A stretch of DNA of 64,000 nt from positions 4,581 to 68,580 of IMG/VR virus record IMGVR_UViG_3300003523_000075; one strand, written 5' to 3'. A program made the position numbers and the translations under genes. Shown piece by piece: positions 36,176 to 49,600 of this stretch (its first letter is position 1; each line of letters opens with the position of its first letter). This DNA comes from a virus (lineage: Duplodnaviria; Caudoviricetes). The notes beneath the pieces were generated by a model. The model searched no databases and was not told the DNA's origin. It saw nothing but the letters and a program-made list of their open reading frames with translations.

Positions 36176-36424
36176 ATGTGTAAATTACCAAAAGAAGACA
36201 GTGGAAAACTTATAACTAAAAAAGTAAATGAAACAAATGTTTTTATTTATCCAATACATAATGTTATAACAAATGGAGTTAATTGTGATGGTAGATGTAT
36301 AATTGCTAATACTAAATGTAAACATTTAACAAGAATAAAACTCAAACCTTATCCACAAATTATCTGTATAAGAGATTACAATAAGCCCATAGACACCCAA
36401 AACAAGCCGACTGATGAAAAATAA
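36176..36424 (+). CDS. Small Cys-containing hypothetical protein, last rightward gene
   Basis: 82-aa ORF. Confidence 0.5.
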   Translation: MCKLPKEDSGKLITKKVNETNVFIYPIHNVITNGVNCDGRCIIANTKCKHLTRIKLKPYPQIICIRDYNKPIDTQNKPTDEK

Positions 36425-36498
36425 AATAGTTTATGACTAATTGCTCGTAGATTAAAAATAGTATTCTCAAATTGAATTTCAAAAAGTTAAAATAAATT

Positions 36499-36605
36499 AG
36501 AGTTATAGTAGCATCTTGTTCTTTTCTTGCTTTTTCAACACAAGATTACTTACTATAACTCTTTTAATAAAAATAAGGACTAGATTAACTTCTAGCCCTT
36601 ATTTA
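36499..36605. terminator. Convergent (bidirectional) terminator hairpins
   Basis: 12-bp stem agagttatagta/tactataactct with inner atcttgt/acaagat. A second hairpin aataagg.ctag/ctag.ccttatt is flanked by A and T tracts, at the meeting point of the two transcription units. Confidence 0.7.
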
Positions 36606-36606
36606 T

Positions 36607-37570
36607 TTAATAAATATTTGTTATACTATCTAATATTGGTTTGAATTTTTTATTTCTTCTATTATTAGGTTTAAATCGTTTTTCTACATTATCATAATAA
36701 TATCTAATATAACTATCATTAATTAATTTTTTATCTTTTGTTCTAAAACCTTTCATTAAATTTTTAAATTGAGGTAACGTACCATCATAAGCGTAATCTG
36801 TTAAAACTCTTTGTTCATTAATAGATAATTGATCCCAAGCATTGCTATCGTTAGCATTTCTATTATATATTTTTTTAGCTCTATTATAATGTTCTAAAGT
36901 AGATTCTTCTTGTAAATTTTTAGCTTGTTTTTCAGTTAAATAACCTTGTTTAGAATATATTTTCTCAACTTTAGTTCCTGGATTAAGTTTTAATCCATCA
37001 TATACTGTATTAGCACCTCCTTCTACAGAAGGATATGATTTATATATTATATTCCCAGAAGCATCATGTTCCAATCCTTTATTTTTATCATTTTCTATAT
37101 CATGAATATCTTTATTAAATTTGCTAATTACAGTTAATCTTTTTTGCAATTTATTAACTTTATCTAAATAATTTTTAGCATTTAAATCTTTAGCTAAAGT
37201 ATACGGATATTCATTATATTTACTTCTATCAACTCCTATAACAGCTAATCCAAAAGTTCCTCTATTTACAAGTTGTTTTACTTTAGGTGATATTTTGCTA
37301 GTATCTAAATCTGGAACAATAGTTCCATTATTATTAGCATTAAAGCTTTGTATTTTTAAGTCTAAAATCTATAGGTTCAAATTTTTTACTTTTACTTTTA
37401 TTTGATACTGTACCTCCTGGACCATATTGTTTTCTATGGGGGAGATTTAATTCACTATAATCTCTAGTGTAATTAGGATTTGTTATTGGATTTCTACCTG
37501 CTATATGATTATAAGCATCATAATGAAGTGTTGGATCAATAGCTAATACTTTACGTTTATAAGTTTTCAT
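36607..37570 (-). pseudogene. Virion-associated muramidase (lysozyme/pesticin-like), split by a 1-nt frameshift
   Basis: ORF 37340-37570 overlaps a second frame open from 37368 to 36607 that carries IEN...SVEGGANTVYDGLKL...WDQLS.NEQ.VLTDYAY...F.NLMK. The frames join at an A5 run (plus-strand T 37353-37357). Confidence 0.6.
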
Positions 37571-37619
37571 AATTATATCTATTTTTTTTGTTAATATTAT
37601 GTTACATATTATTTACAGG

Positions 37620-40600
37620 TTATCTACCATGTTCATCAGCCCATTCTAACCATTTTTCAGTAAAACCAAATTGAAGAGGATCTTTACCAATTTTATAATA
37701 ACTATTACTTTCAGCAATATCTATAAAACCTGTTTTAATACCTCTCCAAATAGGAATACGACGTTGTACATAAACACTTAATTTATATTCACCTGCATAA
37801 CGACCACTATGATAATAAGGATCGAAATCACTACCTTCTCTTAAAAACTTAGTAAATAAACCAGCAGATTGAACTAAATCTTGTATACCAGATTGAGCTG
37901 CAATAGGTGTACTCCAAAGAGTTCTAAATTGAGTCATCATACCATAAGGATTAAATTGGAAACTTTCTTGTGAAAGTCTATCAGCTTCATACAAAGATAA
38001 ATTATATAATATACCTTCTTCGTCATCATCATCTGCAAGTGCTCTTATAGCCATACTAGCAAATAAAGCTGCCATTACACCATACCAATTAGCTAAATAT
38101 CTTCTAATATTAGCTTTTTCATAATCAGGTAATAAATTCCAATTTAAATTAATATGAGTAGCAAAATCAAGTAATTCTTTAAACAACATTTTAATACTTT
38201 CAAGACCTTTTATTTCAGCATCATTAAGTTTCTTTTTAGTTTTATAAGAATCTATAGGAGTCTTAATGAAATCTATAAGTGAAATAAAACAACCTTTTTC
38301 TATAGTACCTCTTTGTTCATTATAAAAACCTTCTCTACGATAACGTTTAAGAATACCTGGATATATATGTTTATGATATTGCATTGCTAAACTTCCCCAC
38401 CAAGTATTTTCTATTTGAGCTTGACCTAATTTATCATAAACACCATGTATTTTCTTATTTACAGAAATAACTCTACCTCTAAAATCTGCAAGTATTTTTT
38501 CTGCATCAGATGGTTCTCCTTTTTCATTAGGTACATTATATTTAGAAAGAAGAGTTCCTTCTTTTATTCCCATATAACCATCTTCAGTAAGTTCTAATTG
38601 AGATAATATAGTAGGATGTATTTCATCATTATTGAATTCATCTTTTGCAAGTTTAGTATTTTCTTTTCTCTTTTTAGCAAATTCTCTTTGTTGTTCAACA
38701 GAACATTTCTTTAGAAAATCATGTGTTATATCTTTTCTAAATAAAGCATAATCTTTTTCTACATTAGCATCAGAAGCTATAGTTCTTTTAAACTTTTCAT
38801 ATTCTGCTTTTTGTTCATCAGAAAGAATTTCCATTAAAGTATTTTCATAAACTCTATTTATAAACTCTTGTTCATTCATAAATACAAGTTTACCATCTAC
38901 TTCGCATAATCTATGAGAAAGTAACATTCCAAGTAGTGTACTATTTTGCATATAATGTTCACCTACAGTTTGTGGTGCAAACATAGAATTTCTAAATCTA
39001 GTAATATATTTACTAGCAGGATCTTCTACTATTCTACTTTTACCTGTTTGTTCATCATAATCTACTACATTGAAATGTTTTATAATAGCGTCAACAAGAC
39101 TACTTGAATTTTCTTTATATAAATGAGTTAAAAATGATGGTACTGCACCACTCCACATAGCCATACCTTTAAGTAGTTCTTTTCTATCAAGATATTGACC
39201 TGCAACAGCTTCAGCATACATTTGTGTTTGACCTAATGTAACGTTAGCAATACCACCTCTTATGTTCATCATCATATATTGTGCAGAAGTAATACTTTGT
39301 AATCTAGAAGCCCATTTAGTAAATTCACTATTAGGTTTTTTCCATTGATCATGTATAAGTCTTCTACTCCAATTTATATATTGTTTTTTAAGATTATCAT
39401 CATGCTTTGTTATATATTCTTTAGAATTATCAACACCACTAAATGTTTTATAATCACCAAAGAAACCATATTTTCTTTGATAAACTTCTAAATCATCTAA
39501 CATATCTCTTCCATAATACAATAACATTTTATTATCTTGAATTGCATTATAATGAGATGCTTGCATAATAAAATCTTCAAATACATTCCACCAATCTCTA
39601 CTTATAGCTTCTTTATGTGCTTTTACATTCTTTTCTTTTATTTCTTGTACTTTATTAAGTTTTTCTTTAACTCTTTCTAAATATTGTTCATCTGTTTCAC
39701 CAGGTTCACGTAAAGGAGCATTTAAATTATCTTTAGTTAATGTAATTTGATCAAGTTTATGCAACATTGGCATATCTCTAACAACATCATAAGCATAATC
39801 AATTTCATCATCATCAAAGAAAGGTTTTTTACCATCTTCTCCTTCTACCCAACCTACTGTTTTAGCTAATTCTTTTCCTATACCTTTAAGTCCTTCTTCT
39901 TTTTTCTTATGTTCATAAGGAAGATGACCTTTGTTAAGGTATCTTCTAGCAGATTCAATTCTAGCTAAACTATTAAATAAAGATTGAATATGTGTACGTA
40001 ATTCTATTTCATATTTATTAAGATTTTTATAAGCAGGATTATCAAAACCAGTTCCTTCCTTATAATTCATAGAATTACCAACACCTTTTTTAAAGTTTTT
40101 ATTTAATGTTGTTTCTTTAGGTGTATTTTCTTCTTTAGTAAAATTAGGTATCCATTCTCCAAGATTATTATCTTCGTTTCTATATGTAAACGTCATCCAA
40201 CACTTTAAAGGTTGATACATATGAGTATTAGGATTATAAATATGATTTTTATAATACCAATCTTCAAATGCTTTTTTACCTTTTTTCTTCATTTCTAAAC
40301 TTTTTTCATAATAGAAAGAAGTAGGTGTTGTAGTATAAGTTTCTTTAATTAATTTTAATGCATCAGATTTTTCCTTATCTATAAATTGTTCTTCTTTACC
40401 AGCTTTAGGTTTGGCATATCCATAAATATAATGATTTATTTCAGATTTACCATCAACTAAAATCCTATTAGCTCTTCTCCATGCATTTCTAAAATCAATA
40501 CTTTTACCTTGAATAAAACTTTCTTGACGTTTATATTCATCTTCATCTACAACAAATTCAACATTATTTTCTATAAATTTATGAACTTCTTTTCCATTAG

Positions 40601-43600
40601 AAGAACCTTCTGTTTTCTTTATTTCTTCTAATTCATCATAAAGTTTTGCTAATTCATTAAGTACAGCTATACCTTCTTTAGTATCAGGAATTTTTTCAAA
40701 TTTAATAAGTCTTGTAGGATTATCATAATAAGGTGCTAATAAGTCGTTTATACGTTGAACTATATCAAGATATTCTTTTGTCTTTTGACCATCAGAAGTC
40801 ATACCTTGATAAAATTTTTCATTATAAACAACACCATCATTATGTTTACTACGAATTAATATAGTATCTGATAAAGGAGAAGATTCTCTTGTATTGTAAT
40901 CTTTAAGTTCATCTTCTCTTATAGCTTCAATATCTTCATCAGTAAATTTAGTACCATCTATTTCACCAGTTGAAGTTCTAGCATTACGTTTTGCTATAAG
41001 TTCTTTAAAAATACTACTTTTCTTTTTCTTTCTTATAGCTTTAAACGCATTATTTATTTCTTCTTTGTTTTCTTTTTTAAGTTTAAATATAGCATTTTTA
41101 GTAATCCATTCTTTAGCTTTTACATATTCTTCGTCTTCCATTAATTCACTCATAGGAACTGTAATATCACCAATAGGATTACGTTTTTCACGATTAGCTA
41201 TAATTTTTAAATTACGTTCTAATTCTTCTTCAAAACCAAATATTGCATCTTTTTCAAAATATTTTTCATTAATTTTCTGTTGTTTTTCAATATAATTATT
41301 AAGAGCTTTAGCTGAAGTAAAACTATTTAATATTTTTTTACGTTTTTCTTCTTCAGTTCCACTCAAAGGATTAATATCATCATAAATAGGTTTCTCTTTT
41401 ATAGTATGAGAATCCATATCTACATAATTTTCATCCCTTAAATCTCTTATTTGTTTATTAATATCTTGTAATTCTTGTTCTAATGCTTGATCTATAGTTC
41501 CTTTATTGATATAAGATTGAATTTCTTTACGACGTTCAATTAACCTATTATATTCTGCAAATATAATAGGATGTTTTTCAATCATATATTCATCAGCTTC
41601 TATTTTTTCTCTATAATAATCATCAACATATTTTTGATTAACATGTTCTAATTTAAATTTATCATAAGCCAATTGAGCCTTAAGTGATTCTATACTACCA
41701 GCACCATAAACTTGTTTAGCTTGAAGAATATCTGTATATAATTTATCTAAAGTATCAGTTAATTCTTTAGAAAATGAAAGAATCCAATCACCATTTTCAT
41801 CAATCATATTATCTAAACTAACAGATAATCCTTCTTGTGCTGCACGAGCTTCTATATCTTTCTTAAAATGTCTAAGTTTTCTAACTTCTTCTTTAGCTCT
41901 ATTTTCAGCTATAGTTAAATTATTAATTACACGTTTAGATATTATTTGAATTAAAGGATTAGATGTTTCTTGTAAATCTCCTATAGCAGCAGTAAAAGCA
42001 TTAGTTGACCAAAAACCATCAAGAATACTCGCTATATCTTGTCTAACTAAAGGATTTGTACTAAGAGTAGATAAATATTTATCAGCAAAATAAACTTGAG
42101 CAGTTTTGATTGTAGTATCATTTTCTAAATTAGTAACAGCATCTTTAATAGTTTTAAGATAAAATTGTAAACTTTCATCTTCAGATTTAATATCTAATTC
42201 TTTAATTAAACCAAATTGTTTAGTTAAAGCTTTTGCTTCAGCTATAGTTTCTAAATATTTCTCTCTTATAACAGGATCATCTTTTATTATATCTAAAACT
42301 CTAGGATCAATAATACTCATAAATTCACCAGTATCAGGATCTTTTTCAAAATACTTAAGAGTATCAAGAATATGATTAACTCTACCAGATATATATTGAG
42401 CACTACTTTCTAAAATAGTTTTAGCACTTTCACGAACATTATTACTTGTTATATTTTTATTTGTCCACTTTGCTTTAATTTTAGCAGCGTCTTTATCTTT
42501 TATTTCAAACGAACTTCTTCTACCAATACCTCTATAAATTTGAGATGCTACATCTCCTAAAGTAACAACATGGTTTTCTCTAATAGCAGACTTCATTATT
42601 GTAGGTTCATCAGTAGAAGGTTTTGTTTGTGTTTCTCTATAACCTACAACTTCATAAATAGGAATACTATGAATATTTTCATCAGTTATAGTTCTTTCAG
42701 CTCTTAATTCATTAATAAATCTTTCATAATCTTTATCTGCTTTTTTAATTGAAGCTGTTCTACCTTTTTCACTTAAATAATATTTTATATGTTTGTTTAT
42801 AGTATCTTTAGATAATCTAACAATATTAGTTGTTACAACTTGTTCATTTTCTTTACCTTCATTTATAATAAAATCTTTAGATAAACCATTAGCACTACCT
42901 GGATATTTTATATATTTATCAAAATTAACTAAACGTAAAAACAATCTACTATCTAAATTATTTTTATCTTCAAAAAACCTTTTAGTTTCTTTATCTAAAT
43001 AGTAAACACTTCCAGCAATGTCTATTGTAGGATTATCGAAATCTATAGGTGTTGCTAATCTATTTTCAGATTTCTTTTTAGTTTTAAATTTATAATCTTT
43101 TTTAGTTTTTAATTCTCTTACAGCTTTAAAATCTGTTGTGTTGAAAGAAGAAACATCATCTTTAAAATAATCATTTATTATAAGATTATAATATTCAGAA
43201 CTAGCGTATTTGTTGTTTTGTGGATTAGCACTAAATACACCATGTTCGTTTTCTTCTAAATTATTTAACGGATATAAAACAACCATTCCGTTATATACTT
43301 CTTCTATCTTATATAATACCTCTGAATTAGAACCAAATGATAATCTAACATATTTATTTATATCATAATCTTTGCCTTTTGTATAAATAATATGATATTT
43401 CTCTGCTAAAGCCCTATTATTTTTTCTCTTATCTGCATCTTCTGCATTTAATTCTAAAACAATAAAATCATCATCTTTTGTTAATTCATATTTACCATTA
43501 ACTTTTTTAACTTTAGCAAAATCTATATTAGAATTAGTACTATGGCTTCTTAAATAATCTTCATATACACTATCTGTTAATACAGATTCTATAGTACTCA

Positions 43601-46600
43601 TTTGATGTCTTAATGCTTCTACAATTCCAGTGCCGTTAATACCAAAATCATTATATAATAAACTATTAGGTATCATTCTACTAACACCAGTTTTAGTCAT
43701 ATTATATCCTTCCACAACAAAAGCATATTTTATTACATCATAAGCGGCTAAAGCTATAAGAGGATTTGTACTAGTAAATGCATTTTCAAAATCAATATAA
43801 ACATCTTCTATAGATTTAGATGTATCTATAAAACTAAGACTATGAAAACCATATTTATATTTACCAACACCTTCTGTATTATTTATATTAGGTTCTATAT
43901 AATCAAACAATCCTCTATCTCTAAAATTCTCCTTAATAAAAATAACTTTTTGTGCAGGAGTCATTTTAGCAAATTCTTTTAATTCATCATCAGTAGGATT
44001 ATTAAGATTTTTAACACTAAAAGGTTCTAATACAGGTTCTCCATCTTTATAAGATTTTTCTACTAAATATACTGCATCAGCACTGTATCCAAAAATTCTA
44101 CTTTTTTCTATTTCTTTTGCTGATTCTAAAATATCAGATTTACTATCAATAGGAATATCAAAATCAAAACCTGTAAAATCTTTAGTTCTAACATATTTAA
44201 TAGGTAAACTTATATTACCGGTAGCATCATATAATCTACCAATAATATATTTTTCAAAAGATTTATATAGTTTTTCATTAAACTTTTTATCTCCACTAAA
44301 TCTATCTTCTAACCCTTTAACAAAATTAATAAAACCTTCTTTTTGAGTATCGAATAACATTCTATTAATTTTAATACTAGGTGCAGTAGAATATTTAAGA
44401 AAATAATATAAAGGAGGATATTTACTTTCTTCTACGGGGGAGCTTATAAAAGAATCAAGTCCTTTTTCAATACCAGGATAAATAGCACTAAGAAAATTAC
44501 TTTCACCCACCTGTAAAGGAAAATCTTCAATATTATTTTCAATTAAATCACTAATATCATCAAATACCTTATTAGTTTCAAATATTGTTTGTTTTGCACC
44601 AAATCTATCAGGATTACATAATCTAGCAGTTTTAGTAATAATACTAGATAAATTATTAAGTTTATTAAACATTAAAATTATACCTAAATCATAAAGAAGT
44701 TTTTCTTTACCAGATCTAGGATGTTTAACTTCATCTATCATTTCTTGGGAATTTAATGCTAATTCAGCATTATCTTCAGTATAAATAGATAATTCAGCAC
44801 CATTCCATAATTTTTTAAATTCACTACCAAAATGTTTTTTAAGAAGTTTAATAGTATCATCTAAAGTTTTATAAGTTAAATCCATTCCATCAAATAATTC
44901 AGAAGCTATTTCTTTAATAGCTGAATCTATTGGTTTAGTAGTACTATCTTTATAAACAGATTTACTTATATTATAATGTTTAACAATTCTACTAATACCA
45001 TCTTGTAACATAAATGCTACTGCAGTATTATAATCCATTCCTAAATCAGGAAATAGTTTATATACTCCAAAAGTAAAATCATTAACATTAGGAACAGCAC
45101 CTTCTTTAATAATATCGAGTTGGTGTGCAGTAGTTTGTGAAGAATATGCAGTAAGAAGTTTACCTATTATATTTCTATTATCATTAGTCCAACCAAATTT
45201 ATCAAATGTTATTTTTATATTACTACCTTTAACAGATTCTACATTGTTTTCTCCAAATCTTTTTATAGCATCTTCTTTACTTATAACATCAGTACTATAA
45301 ATAACTTTTATTGCTTGTTTTTCTATTAATGTTGGTCTAATAGTATTACATACAGAACAAAAACTATCACGAGTAACACTAAATGCTTTAAGTTTAGCAC
45401 CACTCATAGCATCTTCCATATAAGCTGCTTGATCTAAAAATGAATAAGGACTTCTACTATTTCTTTTTTCTTTAATAGAAGGTTTCATGATATCTTTAAT
45501 AGCATCTTTAATATCATCAAAATTAGATCTAGACAAATTCTCTTCTAAACTAGCAGGATTAGATAATATTTTAAGCATACAATCAACAAGTTCATTATCA
45601 ATTGCATTTCTACTATTATCTGACATTACATCTAATTGATGTTCTTTAGACCAATCTTCTCTACTTTCGAATCCATGTTCTGTAGCCCAATTTTCGTAAC
45701 TAAAACCACCTTGTTCTTTTATTATTTTATTTACATCTTTTAATACACTATCTGACATTTTACTTCTAATATAGTTATCATAGCTTTCTCCAGCTAAATC
45801 ACTATATTTTACTTTTTCTATAGTACCATCATATTTAATTTGTGTAGCATGTTGAATACCATATACAGAGTCAATATCAAAGTCAGAACCTGTTTGAGCA
45901 ACCCATTCATTAGGAACAACTATTGTAGAACCATAGGCATCATCTATAAATCCTACAACTTTCATTTTACAAATAGATTGCTTACCTTCAGTAGGAATAC
46001 GGTAACCTATAATATCATCAAGTTTTGCATCTTGTAATTCTTTTAGTAAATCTTCTTTAGATTTAATATTTCCGTCTTTATCATATCTATTTAATCCAAA
46101 GAATGAAGCAGGAACCATTACTTCAACATAATCACAATATTTACCATCTTCAGTAGTATGATATTTTAAATTTTTATCATAAGTTACACCTTGTACTTTT
46201 TCTCCAAAAGATTTAAAACCTATATTAGTTACTTGTGCTGCATGGAATCCTGGAAGTTTTTGTCTAGTAATATTATTATTAAATATAGCTTGAGCCATAC
46301 TTTCTAATTTCTGAGAAACCATACTCATAAAATTAGGCATAATAGTAACATTTCCATCTTCTCCAATTTGTATTGTATCTAATGTTACGTAATCTACCAT
46401 ATTACTATCAAGACCTAGACGGAATAATTCATTTTTTAATTTCTCATATAAAAGCCTAAAATCTACTTTGCTTATCGTAGTACCTAAAACGCCATTCGAA
46501 GCCATAATCGGGTTATTTTGGCTGTCTAGTGGTACTTTTAACTCTCGCATCAACTCTACAAAACTACCTTTAATCTTTGAACAATAACAATCTATAAAAT

Positions 46601-49600
46601 GTTTTTTAGTTTCATATAATGCACTACCTTCAGAAATATTATCAATAATTTTCTTCATTATTTGAATACCTGCTTTATTTTGTGCATTAGCGTGTTGAGG
46701 TGTTTCTTGTTGAGTATATAAAAACCTATAATCATATAGTTTTTTAGCATTTTCAACTTTAGTACCAAAATCACTAATAGGATGTTCTGGATCATTAAGT
46801 TCGTCAACTATATCTTGTTTTAAAGTTCCAGTTTTAGCATCCCATATTTCAAGAGTATTACTTTTACCTGCTTTACTAGTTTCTTCAGTATTTAATTGAT
46901 CAATACCATATTTAGTCATCAAATTATAAACTTGTTCTAATTCAGTTCCTTTAATTAACTGAGGTATTAAAACAAATTCAGAGTTTTTGATTTGATTAGG
47001 TGCAAATAAATTCTTACTATCTTTTAAATCAACATTATAATAGAAATTCTTTTGTACTTGTACAAATTCTTCTAAATCTTGAGCATTTAAATCTTCACCT
47101 CTAAGAATTTTCTCTATTAATGCTTTATGTTTATAAAGTTGACCTCTACCAGCAATACGTCTAATAAACTCATCAAATGTTATATAAGATTGAGCATTAT
47201 TAGCATTTATATCTTGATAACCACCATCACCTTTTGGACCATAAATTAAAGCGTTTGCTGCTTTTTCACTAAGATTTATATCTTTAGCAGTTAATCTATC
47301 TTTAAGTATTTTTAATGTTTCTTTATTAGTAATTATACTATTTTTAATAGTTATTCCAGTAAATCTATTATATTGTTTTACTTGATAACCACCACTTACA
47401 TTATCGTTTTGATCAACAGTTATTGTACCATCATCAAAACGCATTGCATTTAAAGCACTAGTATGTACTACAGTTTTAGTATTTACATCAAAATCATCTG
47501 TAAAATTAACAAAGCCATAAGGAACACCACTACCTTGTACCTCTTTTGCACGTTTAAGAAAAGTTTGAGTATCTTTATAAAATTTACTATCACCTTCAAA
47601 TAAATCACCAAAACTATTATAAGTTAAATGATAATTTAAAAGAAATTCACCAGCAGTATCATGATTTAATTGAACTGTACCATTCTCATTAATGTTATCA
47701 GTAGATTGAAGAACTTGATATCCTTGTTCAATATATTTAAGGATAAATTGTTCTATCATATCATCTATTTTATCTTGTATTTCTGGAGATATATTTATTT
47801 CTTTTATAGTACTATATCCGTGTAATGAAGCTTCTTTATCATTGCTATCTTTAATAACTTGAATAAAGTTTCCACTTTCTCCCCCGTAGAGAAAATTGAA
47901 TAGTTGTTGCATTAATTTATCACCATAATTAACTTCTTCACCTTTTTCTTCATCATATAATACAAATCTATCACTATGAAATACATTACCAACAAGATAT
48001 TCTGTACCATCAGAATTCTTTTTAACTATAACTCCTTTTTTATGATGATAATTATCAAAACAACCATCTATTTCATATCCATTTTTAGTATTAGGTTGTT
48101 TCCACATAATTTCATCATTACTATCTCTAGCAACACATCCATTTTCATGAGTAACAAATAAAGTATCTATAGCTATTGCTGCATTTAATATTTCTTGTTT
48201 AAATATATTTCTAAAATTATTAAATATAGGATGAGTTCTACTAACTGAATATTTATATTTTCCTTCTTTTTCTAATTTAGTTCTAGTAGTTTCTCTTAAA
48301 TTTTTCTTTATATTAATATCAATACCTTCATTACTAATACCAACAAATTCAATATTAGATATAGTTTCACCGTCATAATGTCCTTTTATAAAGAAAATAT
48401 TTTTATCATTTTGAATTTTATTTTCTTCATCTTCAACTTCTTCACTTTTATCTATATATTGAAAAGCAAGAGTTATATCTTGATCTTTATATTTATTTAA
48501 AGATTTTCTATAATAAGGAGATATAGCATAATTTCTAATACCAGTAGAAGTAAATAATTTATTAAAAATATCAATATCATATATTTTTAATATATTCTTT
48601 TTATTATTAGCAGTAACAACTTCTTTCATCTGTTCTGCTGATAATATACTACCTACAAGTTTTTGTTCTTGGTCTTTAAGTATATTGTTTATTTCATCAG
48701 TATTACTATGTTTAAATAATCCTTTAACAGAAAGTTTAGGTGCAGTTACTACAAAATTCTTTGGTGCATCAGAAGGAGTACGCATAAAATATTTTGCAGT
48801 TTGAAAGTTTTTAATAGTAGTATCTAAACTAGTAGGTTCGTTAAAAGCAATAAAAGCAGAAGCTATATAATCACTTCCACTCATTTCTTTGTATAAAGAA
48901 GAACTATCTGTATCTTCGTTTTTAGCACCATCATATAGATTTAATGATAATAAATCTTTAGCATATTCTGTAGGTGTTATTTTTCCAGTTATATCTTTTC
49001 TAAATAAACCAGGATTTTCTATTTGACCTTTCTCATTAACTCTTTCGAGCATTATATTACTAAAGTCGTATTGTCTAGATTTAAATCTAAATTTACCAAA
49101 ATTTTCTAAACTTTCATCGTTCTGCAATGTTTTAAGTATTCCACTAAGCATATTGCTATTAATAACATCAGAAGATTGATTATTATTAACATTAGTAGAA
49201 TTTAATTCAACACGAACTACAGAATAATCAGAAAGCATATCAGCTAAAGTAATAACTATAGAATTATGTTTATCTGAAATATAATGTTCTCTATATAATG
49301 AATTTACATCAATATATTTATCAGGATCTTTTTCTTCTTTTTCAGCTAATTTAGCATTTTCCTTATATGCTTTAGTTATTCTTATAGCTCTGTAATCAAA
49401 ATTACGTTTAGTAGCTTTGGAGGCTTCTATTGTGTCATCTAATATTTTGATTAATGATGTTATATTAGATTGTATATTAACGACGTTGTTAACTTTATTA
49501 TTAGTTATATAACTTCTAACAGCATATTCTGTTATATTAGGATAAAACTTTTTAAGTTCTTTTGTTATATCGTTTATAATAACATCTCTTATATCAAAAT

